Assembly (NCBI GenBank): GCA_022566895.1
Contig: JADFIA010000001.1
Coordinates: forward strand, 631-64,630
From: Pseudomonadota bacterium
Lineage (GTDB): Bacteria; Pseudomonadota; Alphaproteobacteria; Sphingomonadales; SMXR01
Reading direction: 5' to 3'
DNA: 64,000 bases
The notes under the pieces: generated by a model
Databases searched by the model: none
The model's input: the letters and a program-made list of their open reading frames with translations, nothing else
Told to the model about the DNA's origin: nothing
Translations under genes and position numbers: made by a program
Shown here: positions 16,965-27,268 of the stretch, one piece after another
Position numbering within the stretch: position 1 is the stretch's first letter
Layout: every line of letters starts with the position of its first letter

Positions 16965-17884
16965 GCCTCGGTCGGCAAGAAGCCTTCGATCGACAGGTAG
17001 CGCTCGCCGGAATCATAATTGAAGCCGAGGATGCGCGATCCCTCTGGAAGCTCGGGAATCTTTTTGGCGATCGCGGCCAGACAGGCGCCCGAGGAAATTC
17101 CGATCAGACAGCCCTCCTCGCGAGCCGCGCGGCGGGCGTACTCCATGGCGTCCTGCTGGTGCACCAGGATAACCCCGTCCAAGAGGTCCATAAAAAGGTT
17201 GTCCGGAATAAATCCGGCGCCGATCCCCTGGATCATATGCGGGCCGGGCTTGCCGCCGCTGATCACCGGGGAATGCTCCGGCTCGACCGCAAAAACTTTC
17301 AGATCCGGCCATTCTTTTTTCAAAAGCTGGGCGCAGCCGGTGATATGGCCGCCGGTGCCGACGCCGGTGATGATACAATCGAGACCCTCGGGAAAATCGG
17401 CCAGGATCTCCTGGGCCGTAAAATTCCTGTGCACATCCAGATTGGCCGGATTGTCGAACTGGGAGGGCATCCAGGCATTGTCCATGGTTTCAAGGATCTC
17501 CTCGGCCTTGGCCACGGCGCCGGGCATGCCCTTTTCCTTGGGGGTGAGGACAAATTCGGCACCATAAGCCAGCATCAGCCGCCGGCGCTCGATCGACATC
17601 GATTCAGGCATGACCAGCAGCAGCCGATACCCTTTCACTGCCGCCACCATGGCCAGGGCAACCCCGGTGTTGCCGGAAGTGGGCTCGACAATCACGGTGT
17701 CTTTGTTAAGGGATCCGTCCGCTTCCGCCGCTTCGATCATCGACAGCCCAATACGGTCCTTGATGCTGCTGGCGGGATTGACCCGCTCCTGCTTGATCCA
17801 GACCTCGTGGGTTGAGGGGAACAGTTTATTCACCCGGATGTGCGGCGTATTGCCGATTGTTTCAAGAATATTGTCGGCCCTCAT
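16961..17884 (-). CDS. cysK: Cysteine synthase A
   Basis: [52 protein letters not shown]. Confidence 0.95.
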   Translation of the reverse strand: MRADNILETIGNTPHIRVNKLFPSTHEVWIKQERVNPASSIKDRIGLSMIEAAEADGSLNKDTVIVEPTSGNTGVALAMVAAVKGYRLLLVMPESMSIERRRLMLAYGAEFVLTPKEKGMPGAVAKAEEILETMDNAWMPSQFDNPANLDVHRNFTAQEILADFPEGLDCIITGVGTGGHITGCAQLLKKEWPDLKVFAVEPEHSPVISGGKPGPHMIQGIGAGFIPDNLFMDLLDGVILVHQQDAMEYARRAAREEGCLIGISSGACLAAIAKKIPELPEGSRILGFNYDSGERYLSIEGFLPTEA

Positions 17885-17919
17885 AAGCTTTCTCCAATGA
17901 TCGTTCGTCCAGTTTCGAG

Positions 17920-18762
17920 CTAGATGTTCCAGTTCAGCCCGCTTTCGGATTTGTCCGACGATTTGTACATGACCCGTGAGTAGGGCAGGATCGAGTGGGT
18001 CAGAAATACATTCCCTCCGATGACCGAATCATGCCCGACCACCGTCGCACCGCCGAGGATGGTTGCATTTGCATAAATGACAACGCCGTCTTCGATCGTC
18101 GGATGCCGTTTGCTGTTCTTGTCCTCGCGGTCAACTTTGAGCGCACCGAGTGTGACGCCCTGATAAAGTTTGACGTGATCACCGATGATCGCGGTCTCGC
18201 CGACCACAACGCCGGTGCCGTGATCGACAAAGAACGACGCACCGATTTCGGCGCCCGGATTGATGTCGATGCCGGTTTCCATATGAGCGTATTCCCCGAT
18301 CAGACGTGGCAAGAGCGGAATGTCCCGGACATAAAAGCGATGTGCAATCCGATAGGCGGCGACTGCAAAAGTCCCGGGATAAGTAACGATAATCTCGCTT
18401 AATGAGTTGGCGGCCGGGTCGCCGGCCATTGCCGCTTCGGCGTCCAGACGGATGGCCTCGGCGATTTCCGGCAATTCCTGCATAAACGAATCCCCAACCC
18501 GCCGGCGCTCATCTTCGTCCCGATCCCAGAGGCGAGCCAGTAGGTCGAGCAGCTTGGCGCGCACCTCGCCCAACTTGCTCTCGATCCCCTTGGCGTCGCG
18601 CTCATCCTCGCCGGCAAACTGCGGCAGAAGCACGGCCAGCACGTTACGCAAAAACCGGCCGGCTTCCGACATCGTAACGCTCGGCGGGTCATCATAGGCG
18701 GCGTGCCGCGCCAAAAGCACGGCAGCGATTTTCTGAAGACTGGTCTTGTTCTTAGAGGTCAT
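17920..18762 (-). CDS. cysE: Serine O-acetyltransferase (EpsC-type)
   Basis: [41 protein letters not shown]; ends in Ile (LNWNI), as expected for CysK binding. Confidence 0.9.
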   Translation of the reverse strand: MTSKNKTSLQKIAAVLLARHAAYDDPPSVTMSEAGRFLRNVLAVLLPQFAGEDERDAKGIESKLGEVRAKLLDLLARLWDRDEDERRRVGDSFMQELPEIAEAIRLDAEAAMAGDPAANSLSEIIVTYPGTFAVAAYRIAHRFYVRDIPLLPRLIGEYAHMETGIDINPGAEIGASFFVDHGTGVVVGETAIIGDHVKLYQGVTLGALKVDREDKNSKRHPTIEDGVVIYANATILGGATVVGHDSVIGGNVFLTHSILPYSRVMYKSSDKSESGLNWNI

Positions 18763-18920
18763 CGCTTGTTGCCCCGATCCTCGCAGTCCTGGGACCGCCT
18801 GCCCACCGGGCTCTATCTTTTGACAAAGCCATCAAAGGCGCAACCCATTTTCGGTCCGGCCAGCATTTACCAGTCCACAGATATCACGCATTGGCCCCGG
18901 TTGCAGCTTAACACCCCTTA

Positions 18921-19697
18921 TCAAGACCCGGAAATCGGCCCATCGTCAGTTGACGTGGCAGGCTTTTCCCTAAGTTCCTCGCCAGCGGCGGCCATCGCCT
19001 CTTTGGTCAACTCGAAGCTGCGGCCAACGACTCGGCGCCCCAACTCGGCCTGGAACGCGTCTTTGTCGAGCCCCTGGGGCATCGGCGGGTGGTATTCGAG
19101 AATGATCTTGCCTGGCCGCATCCAAAACTCACGAGCCGACCAGAAATAGCCGGCATTGGTAGCCGAAGTGATGACCCTAAAGTCGGTTCCGTCCTGAATA
19201 TGGAAAGCGCCGCTTCTGAGCTTGATCTGCTGCAGTGACTTCACCCGTGTGCCTTCCGGGTAGACCAGAAGTGGACGCTTGGACTGCCTCAGGAGTTCTC
19301 CTATATCCGGCAGATTCTCATGTGCAGTACCCTTGCCACGGTCAATTTTCAGGATCTCCATTTTGCGGAGCAGCGTCCCGAAAGCCGGAATATAGAACAG
19401 CTCGCGCTTACCAAGCCCAGTCGGATAGGGAATAATGCTGGCCGCAAGAAAAGCATCGATCGTACTTTCGTGCCGTGGGCAAACAATATAGGGACCCTCA
19501 GCCGGCAGGTTTTCGAGACCGCGGACTTCGATATCTATCCGCACGATTTTCTTTAGCAGCCAGCGAACAAAATCGGTCCAATGGCGTATGCCGTGATAGA
19601 TAGGGCGGTACGTCTTCGCCGGAACCGCCGCTAGCATGCTGATCACCCAAAGCGGTAGGAGCGTGTAGAAGGTCAATTTGAAGATAATCGTCCGCAT
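18921..19697 (-). CDS. 1-acyl-sn-glycerol-3-phosphate acyltransferase (PlsC family)
   Basis: HESTID (HxxxxD), K.EL..IP.FG, YPEGTR. Confidence 0.85.
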   Translation of the reverse strand: MRTIIFKLTFYTLLPLWVISMLAAVPAKTYRPIYHGIRHWTDFVRWLLKKIVRIDIEVRGLENLPAEGPYIVCPRHESTIDAFLAASIIPYPTGLGKRELFYIPAFGTLLRKMEILKIDRGKGTAHENLPDIGELLRQSKRPLLVYPEGTRVKSLQQIKLRSGAFHIQDGTDFRVITSATNAGYFWSAREFWMRPGKIILEYHPPMPQGLDKDAFQAELGRRVVGRSFELTKEAMAAAGEELREKPATSTDDGPISGS

Positions 19698-19947
19698 CCG
19701 TCCCCCTGGTCTTGCTACATGTGTTGTAGGACTTCCGGCGGGAGGTGATCAAGGGTTTGGCGTTCGGCTCTTGTTCGAAGAGGCAAAGACGAGTAAACAG
19801 ACAGCCGCTTCTGAAGCGCCTAATTCGACCAGAGCGAAGCACGCTTATGGTGTCTGACGGTCAGGGCATGGACAAATCTTTCGAGCAATTCCAAGTCATG
19901 CTGGGGCTGCGTGACCAAGGGCCGGTGGCCGCGCACTTTGAGGAACG

Positions 19948-20706
19948 ATGAAGTTCAAGGATCATTTTTCCGATATCGCCCAAGCTTACGCGCGGGCCCG
20001 ACCCGCTTATCCCCCAGAGCTGTTCAAATTTCTGGCTGAGGTCGCGCCGGCTCGGAAGCGAGCCTGGGATTGCGCTACGGGAAGTGGCCAGGCGGCGATT
20101 GGTCTGAGCGAATGGTTCGAAGAGGTCCAGGCAACCGACGCCAGCCCGGATCAGATCGCGCAGTCGATTGGCAGGGAAAACATAACTTACAGCGTGCAAC
20201 TTGCGGAAAAGACCGAGTTTGCGGACAAATCCTTCGATCTCGTCAATGTTGCGACGGCGCTCCACTGGTTTGACCTCGATCGATTTTACGGCGAGGTGTA
20301 CCGTCTCCTAAAGCCGCAAGGAATTTTGGCCATATACAGCCACAAGCAGTTTCACATCAGGGGGCCGGTTGGGGAGATAATTCGCCAGCTGATCTTCGAG
20401 CCAGTGGAGCCCTTTTGGCCGGCTGAAACGAGGCTGATAAGGGCCGAATACAGATCCATTCCTTTCCCGTTCGACGAAGTACCGGCGCCACAGCTGCGGA
20501 TGAATCTCGACTGGGATTTCGACGATCTGAAAACTTATTTGGGAACTTGGTCGGCGGTGCGGAATTTCATTCGCGAATTCGGACCGCAGCCGATGCAAAG
20601 CGCCTTGGAAGAGGTTGCAAAGGCTTGGGGAACTCGGGAAACGAAAAGGCCGGTGACGATGGATATGGTGGCGCGTATCGGCCGGCTCCGCGGGAACGCG
20701 GTCTAA
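19948..20706 (+). CDS. Class I SAM-dependent methyltransferase
   Basis: FKDHFS..A..Y...RP.YP, WDCATGSGQA, ALHWFD, TWSA. Confidence 0.88.
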   Translation: MKFKDHFSDIAQAYARARPAYPPELFKFLAEVAPARKRAWDCATGSGQAAIGLSEWFEEVQATDASPDQIAQSIGRENITYSVQLAEKTEFADKSFDLVNVATALHWFDLDRFYGEVYRLLKPQGILAIYSHKQFHIRGPVGEIIRQLIFEPVEPFWPAETRLIRAEYRSIPFPFDEVPAPQLRMNLDWDFDDLKTYLGTWSAVRNFIREFGPQPMQSALEEVAKAWGTRETKRPVTMDMVARIGRLRGNAV

Positions 20707-20742
20707 GGGCGCAGCTTGGGGCGAAGAAGTTCGGGGAAGAAG

Positions 20743-20768
20743 AAAAAGGGGGGCGATGGATGCCCCCC
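20743..20768 (-). terminator. Intrinsic terminator of the cold-shock gene
   Basis: GGGGGGC/GCCCCCC stem followed on the minus strand by TTTTT. Confidence 0.75.
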
Positions 20769-20775
20769 AAATCCT

Positions 20776-20985
20776 TTAGTCAGCCAAAACCAGGCTGTCA
20801 GCCGAGACGCGTCCCTGGCGATCTTCCGCCAGTTCATACGTAATCTTTTGACCATCCTGAAGGGTGTTCAGGCCGGCCCGTTCGACGGCCGAAATATGCA
20901 CGAATACATCGTTTTCGCTATCGTCCGGCTTGATAAAGCCATAGCCCTTGCTTGGATTGAACCACTTAACAGTTCCTGTAGTCAT
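20776..20985 (-). CDS. cspA: Cold-shock protein
   Basis: MTTGTVKWFN..KGYGFI (RNP1), DVFVHISA (RNP2); 69 aa. Confidence 0.95.
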   Translation of the reverse strand: MTTGTVKWFNPSKGYGFIKPDDSENDVFVHISAVERAGLNTLQDGQKITYELAEDRQGRVSADSLVLAD

Positions 20986-21204
20986 TCTATTTCCTTTCGC
21001 GCGAAGCCAGAAGTGGAGACGGGGTAGCACCGCGCGAAACCAAGTCCAGATCTTCGTAAGCTATTGGCATTCAAGAAACGATCACAACCAGCCGCCACAT
21101 TGATGTACCCGGACGGCCGTGGAGAAACTCATCTGTTTAGGGAAGTCACTCAATATCGATTCGAAAATTGCCAGTTCGTCCAATTACCTTTCGGTGAAAT
21201 TGCC

Positions 21205-21231
21205 TCTATAGCAATGGCGGCGGAGTGTCAA
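21205..21231 (-). promoter_or_regulatory. Candidate promoter of cspA, implying a 5' leader of about 210 nt
   Basis: Minus strand TTGACA-CTCCGCCGCCATT-GCTATAGA. Long leaders are typical of csp genes. Confidence 0.45.
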
Positions 21232-21275
21232 CCGGCCACGGCGGCGCTTGGGCCGTGGCGTTGAGCCGCGTGGAT

Positions 21276-21352
21276 TGGTGCACCCGGCGAGATTCGAACT
21301 CACGACCTCTGCCTTCGGAGGGCAGCGCTCTATCCAACTGAGCTACGGGTGC
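21276..21352 (-). tRNA. tRNA-Arg (anticodon CCG)
   Basis: GCACCCGTAGCTCAGTTGGATAGAGCG-CTGCC-CTCCGAA-GGCAG-AGGTCGTGAGTTCGAATCTCGC-CGGGTGC-ACCA; 77 nt with encoded CCA. Confidence 0.97.
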
Positions 21353-21436
21353 ATCGGCGGCGGCCGGCGCATCGAGGCGCCCAAGCCGGGCGCACATTAG
21401 TCAATAATCCGCAAATTGGCAAACGCGTTTTGGCGC

Positions 21437-23044
21437 TTATTTCCTTGGCTCTGGTTTGAGAACCGTATTTTCGGCCTTGGGCAGCAGATCGGGGCAATCG
21501 AGCGTGTAATGAAGGCCGCGCGATTCCCGCCGCCGGATCGCCGAGCGGACGATTAGGTCGGCTGCAGTCAACAGATTCCGCAACTCCAGAAGGTCCTTGG
21601 AGACCCGGAAATTTCCATAGTAGTCATGAACTTCGTGCATCAGCATCTCGAGCCGCCGCTTGGCCCGCTCGAGCCGCTTGTCGGTTCGTACAATCCCCAC
21701 GTAGTCCCACATAAAGCGCCGCAGCTCAGCCCAGTTATGAGTCACCACAACTTCCTCGTCGGAATCGGTGACCCGGCTTTCGTCCCACGGTCGGGCTTGG
21801 CCGAGCAGTTGGCGCGCCGGGGCCGACTCAAGAATGTCCTTGGCCGCCGCCTCGGCAAAGACCAGACATTCAAGCAGCGAATTGGAAGCCATACGATTGG
21901 CGCCGTGCAGGCCCGTATGGGCCGCCTCGCCAATCGTATAGAGGCGGGAAAGGTCGGACCGTCCCCTGAGGTCGGTCATTACGCCGCCGCAGGTGTAATG
22001 GGCCGCTGGCACCACCGGAATCGGCTCCCTGGCCAGGTCAAATCCGAAATCGAGGCAACGGGCATAAATATTTGGGAAATGCTCTTTGATGAACGCCTCG
22101 CCTTTTTTGCTTATGTCGAGATAAACGCACATCAGGCCCCGGCGCTTCATCTGGTTATCGATCGCCCGGGCAACGATGTCCCGGGGTGCCAGCTCGGCTC
22201 GTGGGTCAAATTGGTCCAGAAACCGCTCGCCGTTTCCCAACAGCAGCTCCGCCCCCTCGCCGCGCAGAGCCTCGGAGATGAGGTAGGACTTCGCTTGGCG
22301 ATGATACAGGCAGGTCGGGTGGAACTGGTTGAACTCCATATTGGCGACCCGGCAACCGGCCCGCCAGGCCATCGCGATGCCGTCTCCGGTCGATCCGTCC
22401 GGGTTCGAGCTGTAGAGGTAGACCCGGCTGGCACCGCCGGTTGCCAACACCGTGGCACCGGCCAACATCGTTGAAATGGCATTTGCCTTAATATCGAGAA
22501 TATAGGCGCCGTAACAGGCGCCGCTGTCTCGCGTACCCCGCTCCATGTGCCGACCGGTAATCAGATCGATGGCCATATGATTCTCAAGGACTGTAATATT
22601 AGGATTTTTCCGGGCCTCCGTTTCAAGGGTGTTCTGGATGGCGCTGCCGGTCGCGTCATCAACATGGATGACCCGGCGATGGCTATGCCCACCTTCGCGG
22701 GTCAGGTGGAAAGGAAAATCTTCGTCGATCGGCGCGTGCGGCGTAAAAGGGACACCAAGCCCAATCAGATCCCGGATCGCCCGCGGACCCGCCTCAACGA
22801 CAAATTGAACGGTCGCCGGATCGCAAAGCCCGGCCCCTGCGTCGAGCGTATCGTTGACGTGGGATTCAATAGAATCCCCAGCCTTAAGCACAGCCGCGAT
22901 CCCCCCTTGCGCCCAAGCCGTCGAACCAGCAGAGAGCTTGGCCTTTGAAATCACCGCGACCTGCATCGAGCCGGCCAGCTTCAGGGCCAGCGACAGACCG
23001 GCAGCGCCGGAGCCGATCACCAGGCAGTCGAATTCTCTAGTCAT
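21437..23044 (-). CDS. nadB: L-aspartate oxidase
   Basis: IGSGAAGL, AQGGIAA, REGGHS.RR..H, QFHPT, SEALRGEG, ELAPRD, HYTCGG, GLHGANRMASNSLLE. Confidence 0.95.
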   Translation of the reverse strand: MTREFDCLVIGSGAAGLSLALKLAGSMQVAVISKAKLSAGSTAWAQGGIAAVLKAGDSIESHVNDTLDAGAGLCDPATVQFVVEAGPRAIRDLIGLGVPFTPHAPIDEDFPFHLTREGGHSHRRVIHVDDATGSAIQNTLETEARKNPNITVLENHMAIDLITGRHMERGTRDSGACYGAYILDIKANAISTMLAGATVLATGGASRVYLYSSNPDGSTGDGIAMAWRAGCRVANMEFNQFHPTCLYHRQAKSYLISEALRGEGAELLLGNGERFLDQFDPRAELAPRDIVARAIDNQMKRRGLMCVYLDISKKGEAFIKEHFPNIYARCLDFGFDLAREPIPVVPAAHYTCGGVMTDLRGRSDLSRLYTIGEAAHTGLHGANRMASNSLLECLVFAEAAAKDILESAPARQLLGQARPWDESRVTDSDEEVVVTHNWAELRRFMWDYVGIVRTDKRLERAKRRLEMLMHEVHDYYGNFRVSKDLLELRNLLTAADLIVRSAIRRRESRGLHYTLDCPDLLPKAENTVLKPEPRK

Positions 23045-24014
23045 CGACCTGGTCGTCAGAAGGGACCTGATCTTCACCCGAACTCGGCCGCGTGAGCTGA
23101 AGAAAAACGTCCTCCAGATCGGTCTCGCTGGTCGACAGGTCACGGATTGTTAGCCCAGCCTGGTGGACGCTTTCGAGAATCTCGCCAACCGTTGTGGTTG
23201 ACCGGTTGACTTGGATGACCATCCGATCAGGCCGCTCAAGATGCAGATTGTAGCCTTTAAGACCAGCCGGCACTTCATCTAGCGGCTCCGCCAGGTCAAA
23301 AATCATCTCCTTTTCATCGATGCGCGCCAGCAGGACCTCGGTCGGCTCACAGGCCACCAGCTGGCCATGATTGATAATCGCGATCGTCTCACAAAGATTT
23401 TCAGCCTCCTCCAAATAGTGTGTCGTCAGGACGATTGTGGTGCCCGCGGCATGCAGCTTTCTGATGTTTTCCCAAAGCTGCTGGCGCAGTTCGACATCCA
23501 CCCCGGCGGTTGGCTCGTCGAGAATCAGAATCGGCGGCGAGTGAACCATCGCCTTGGCCACAAGCAGGCGCCGCTTCATGCCGCCGGAAAGGGTCCGCGA
23601 ATAGGCGTCCGCTTTGTCTTCCAATTGCACCATGCGAAGAATCTCACGGCTTCGCCTTGCACGTTTGGGCACCCCGTAAAGACCGGCCTGCATTTCGAGG
23701 GTCTCGAATGGTGTGAAAAAGGGGTCGATAAACAGTTCCTGGGGCACTACGCCGATGGAATTGCGAGCATTCCGCGGGTACTTATCGAGGTCAAATCCCC
23801 AGATCTCGGCGCTGCCCGCCGTCTTTCTGACCAGCCCGGCGAGAATATTGATAAAAGTCGATTTGCCGGCGCCATTGGGACCCAGAAGTCCGAAAATGGA
23901 ACCACGTGGGATGGTCAAATCGATACTGTCAAGAGCAAGAACCGGTGCCGTCTTGCCACTACCCCGGTAAAGCTTTTTAAGCCCTGTGACTTCGATTGCG
24001 GCCTCTTGGGTCAC
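23037..24014 (-). CDS. ABC transporter ATP-binding protein (YadG-like)
   Basis: GPNGAGKST, LSGGMKRR, ILDEPTAGVD, TTHYLEEAE. No adjacent permease. Confidence 0.9.
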   Translation of the reverse strand: MTQEAAIEVTGLKKLYRGSGKTAPVLALDSIDLTIPRGSIFGLLGPNGAGKSTFINILAGLVRKTAGSAEIWGFDLDKYPRNARNSIGVVPQELFIDPFFTPFETLEMQAGLYGVPKRARRSREILRMVQLEDKADAYSRTLSGGMKRRLLVAKAMVHSPPILILDEPTAGVDVELRQQLWENIRKLHAAGTTIVLTTHYLEEAENLCETIAIINHGQLVACEPTEVLLARIDEKEMIFDLAEPLDEVPAGLKGYNLHLERPDRMVIQVNRSTTTVGEILESVHQAGLTIRDLSTSETDLEDVFLQLTRPSSGEDQVPSDDQVDD

Positions 24015-24169
24015 GATTGCATCCCTTTTAGATTCTACTCAGCTATCGCTATCATTCCGCTGGTGTGAAGGTCAATGTATCGCTCGCCTGATAGAGGGAA
24101 CTGCAAGTCATTGTCTCCTTGTGTGCGCCTCGCTATAACTTGCAGACTGCTAACCGACTGGGCGAGCGC

Positions 24170-24358
24170 ATGAATATTGAACCTCCTGAGACCATCATGA
24201 TCGACACAAAAAAAGTGGCCTGTGACGGCGGTGGCGGGACACTTGGTCACCCGCGCGTTTACTTGAGCCTCGAGGGGCACGGCCAGGTGGAATGCCCCTA
24301 TTGCGACCGACTGTACATCTTTGAAGATCCGGCCGGGAATCAGGATCGAACCCCCTGA
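24170..24358 (+). CDS. Zinc-finger (zf-CHCC, NDUFS6-like) small protein
   Basis: VACDGGGG.LGHPRVYL......VECPYC. Confidence 0.85.
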   Translation: MNIEPPETIMIDTKKVACDGGGGTLGHPRVYLSLEGHGQVECPYCDRLYIFEDPAGNQDRTP

Positions 24359-24409
24359 AATGAGCTTGGCGCAAGAGCTCGATTACGGATTCTAGGGCAT
24401 TTCATACTA

Positions 24410-27193
24410 ATGGCGACAAAAAAGAACCAAGCCCTTGAGCACCTCTATCTGATCGATGGATCCGGCTATATTTTCCGCGCCTATCATGCGCTGCCGCCTA
24501 TGCAGAGATCGGACGGTACGCCGATAAATGCGGTGCTGGGGTTTTCCAACATGCTGCTTAAGCTTCTCGAGGACTTGCTCGAAGGGGAGAAACCCACCCA
24601 TCTGGCGGTCATTTTCGACCGCAGCCGAAAAACTTTTCGCAATGAAATTTACAAGGATTATAAGGCCAATCGCCCGCCGCCGCCCGACGATCTGATCCCG
24701 CAGTTTCCATTGATCCGGGAGGCCACCGAGGCGTTTGGCCTGCCGTCGATCGATATGGAGGGTTATGAGGCGGACGATTTGATTGCGACTTACGCACGCC
24801 TGGCTCGCGAGCGCGGCTGGACCACGACGATCGTGTCCTCGGACAAGGATCTGATGCAGTTGGTCGGTGATCAGGTGGATATGTTCGACAGCATGAAGAA
24901 CAAACGCATCGGGACAGCCGAAGTGATTGAAAAATTCGGCGTCGGACCGGAAAAGGTAATCGAGGTCCAGGCCCTGGCTGGCGACAGTTCCGATAATGTC
25001 CCCGGCGTGCCCGGGATTGGTGTCAAGACGGCCGCCCAGTTGATCAATGAATATGGGGATCTCGAGACACTGCTTGAAAGAGCGCGGGAGATCAAACAGC
25101 CTAAGCGGCGCGAAAATCTGATCGCGCATGCCGACTTGGCACGGATCAGCCTTGATCTGGTGCGGTTGCGTGATGACGTGCCGGTTGAACATTCCCTCGA
25201 CACTTTTGTGCTCAAGCCGGTGCCAACCCAGCAGGCGTTGCGTTTCGCCGATGATATGGAGTTCCGATCCCTGAAGTCCAAGCTTGCGACAAGGCTGGGT
25301 GCGGGCATTGGTGACCGCGAAGCATCACCCGAGGCCAAACCCGAAAAGCGCCTGTACGAAACGGTTACCGACCTCGAACGGCTGAAATTCTGGGTTGAGG
25401 CGGCGACCAGAGAAGGCGTCGTCGCCGTCGACACAGAGACCACCTGCTTAGACGCCATGCAGGCGGAGTTGGTCGGCGTTTCCCTTTCCATTACCCCGGG
25501 CGCTGCCTGCTACATTCCCTTGCGCCATCGCGCGCCCGGCGGCGAAGGCCTTGATCTGGAGGGCGCCGCTCCGGATCAAATTCCAGTAGATCAGGCGCTG
25601 GCACTCCTGAAGCCGCTACTGGAGAATCCGAGTGTCCTCAAGGTCGGGCAGAACATCAAATATGATTTATTGATCTTCAAAGGGGAGGGCATCGAGGTCA
25701 GCCCGATCGACGACACGATGGCGATCTCCTATGTGCTCGAGTGCGGCCTGCACGGGCACGGTATGGACGAGCTGTCGATGCTGCATTTCGGGATCAAACC
25801 GATTTCCTTCAAAGAGGTGGCGGGTACTGGCAGGGCGCAGGTGACCTTCGACCGGGTGCCCCTGGCAGCGGCCAGCGAATATGCGGCCGAGGATGCGGAC
25901 ATAACCCTGCGTATCTACCGGGCCCTAAAGCCACGCTTGGCCACGGAAGGACTTCGCACGGTTTATGAAACCCTGGAGCGGCCTCTGATTCCGGTCCTCG
26001 CGAACATGGAGGCAACGGGGGTGAAAGTGGACCGCGCCACCCTAGCCCGCCTTTCATTGGAATTTGCCGAAGGAATGGAAGGCTTTGCGTCCGAAATTCA
26101 CAAGCTAGCCGGCAAGGGGTTTAATATAGCCTCTCCAAAGCAGCTCGGCGAGATTCTGTTCGACGAGATGGGGCTCGAGGGTGGCAAGAAGGGTAAGACC
26201 GGCGCTTATTCCACTGATGCTTCGGTCCTCGAAAGACTGGCCGCCGAAGGTCATCAATTGCCGGCCAGGGTCCTCGATTGGCGCCTGTTGGCGAAGCTCA
26301 AAAACACCTACACAGATACCCTGCAAAAAGAGATTAACCCGGAGACCGGCCGGGTTCACACGTCCTTCTCGATCGCCGCAACATCAACCGGGCGGCTCGC
26401 ATCGAGCAATCCCAACCTCCAGAATATTCCGATCCGGACCGAGGAGGGTCGCAAGATCCGCGAAGCCTTTGTGGCCGAAAAGGGCAACAAGCTATTGGCT
26501 GCAGACTACAGTCAGATCGAGTTGCGCCTTTTGGCCGAGATTGCCGAGATTGATGCACTTCGTGAGGCCTTCGATCAAGGTCTCGATATTCACGCCATGA
26601 CCGCATCCGAGGTTTTCGGAGTGCCGATCGAAGGCATGGACCGACAAACAAGACGTCAAGCCAAGGCCATAAATTTCGGGATTATTTACGGCATTTCGGC
26701 CTTCGGGCTGGCCAATCAGCTCGGCATCACTCGGACCGAGGCGCAAGCTTATATGGATCGTTACTTTGAGCGCTTCCCGGGTATTCGCGACTATATGGAA
26801 AAGACCAGGGAAGAAGCGCGAGCGCAGGGCTATGTGACGACACTCTTTGGTCGGCGCTGCCACGTCCGCGGCATCAAGGATCGTAATCCATCGATGCGCA
26901 AATTTGCCGAACGGGCCGCCATTAACGCACCCTTGCAGGGATCGGCCGCGGATATCATCAGGCGAGCCATGATCCGCATGCCCGGCGCATTAGAGGAAGC
27001 TGGTTTGGATGATGTCAGGATGCTCCTGCAGGTCCACGACGAGTTGATCTTTGAACTGCCGAAAGGGCAGGTCGAAGCGGCCTCGCAAGTGATCAAGAAA
27101 ACCATGGAGACGGCGGCCCATCCGGCGGTCGAGATGTCGGTGCCGATCGTTGTCGATTGCGATTTCGGGGATAATTGGAATCAGGCGCACTGA
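24410..27193 (+). CDS. polA: DNA polymerase I
   Basis: LIDGSGYIFRAYHA 5' nuclease, DTETT 3' exonuclease, ADYSQIELR, KAINFGIIYG, LLQVHDEL. Confidence 0.98.
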   Translation: MATKKNQALEHLYLIDGSGYIFRAYHALPPMQRSDGTPINAVLGFSNMLLKLLEDLLEGEKPTHLAVIFDRSRKTFRNEIYKDYKANRPPPPDDLIPQFPLIREATEAFGLPSIDMEGYEADDLIATYARLARERGWTTTIVSSDKDLMQLVGDQVDMFDSMKNKRIGTAEVIEKFGVGPEKVIEVQALAGDSSDNVPGVPGIGVKTAAQLINEYGDLETLLERAREIKQPKRRENLIAHADLARISLDLVRLRDDVPVEHSLDTFVLKPVPTQQALRFADDMEFRSLKSKLATRLGAGIGDREASPEAKPEKRLYETVTDLERLKFWVEAATREGVVAVDTETTCLDAMQAELVGVSLSITPGAACYIPLRHRAPGGEGLDLEGAAPDQIPVDQALALLKPLLENPSVLKVGQNIKYDLLIFKGEGIEVSPIDDTMAISYVLECGLHGHGMDELSMLHFGIKPISFKEVAGTGRAQVTFDRVPLAAASEYAAEDADITLRIYRALKPRLATEGLRTVYETLERPLIPVLANMEATGVKVDRATLARLSLEFAEGMEGFASEIHKLAGKGFNIASPKQLGEILFDEMGLEGGKKGKTGAYSTDASVLERLAAEGHQLPARVLDWRLLAKLKNTYTDTLQKEINPETGRVHTSFSIAATSTGRLASSNPNLQNIPIRTEEGRKIREAFVAEKGNKLLAADYSQIELRLLAEIAEIDALREAFDQGLDIHAMTASEVFGVPIEGMDRQTRRQAKAINFGIIYGISAFGLANQLGITRTEAQAYMDRYFERFPGIRDYMEKTREEARAQGYVTTLFGRRCHVRGIKDRNPSMRKFAERAAINAPLQGSAADIIRRAMIRMPGALEEAGLDDVRMLLQVHDELIFELPKGQVEAASQVIKKTMETAAHPAVEMSVPIVVDCDFGDNWNQAH

Positions 27194-27217
27194 ATAATTC
27201 GCGTTATCATTCCCATT

Positions 27218-27245
27218 GAAAAGGGCGGCCCGGAGGCCGCCCTTC
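27218..27245 (-). terminator. Terminator hairpin between convergent polA and the TonB-dependent receptor
   Basis: AAGGGCGGCC-CGGA-GGCCGCCCTT; T run on the minus strand. Confidence 0.75.
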
Positions 27246-27268
27246 GCTGATTTTGATCCAACCAACCG

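Noticed and set aside
18818-18836. FNR-like box upstream of cysE (TTTGACAAAGCCATCAAA)
   Set aside because: Half-site spacing is 6 nt instead of 4; it may be a chance palindrome.
19698-19947. 250-nt intergenic region with short ORFs between plsC and the methyltransferase
   Set aside because: No convincing RBS, protein motif or stable RNA structure; it is probably just divergent promoters.
21100-21352. tRNA-Arg as an integration site for a prophage or island
   Set aside because: No integrase nearby and no duplicate of the tRNA 3' end seen; the flanks are cspA and nadB.
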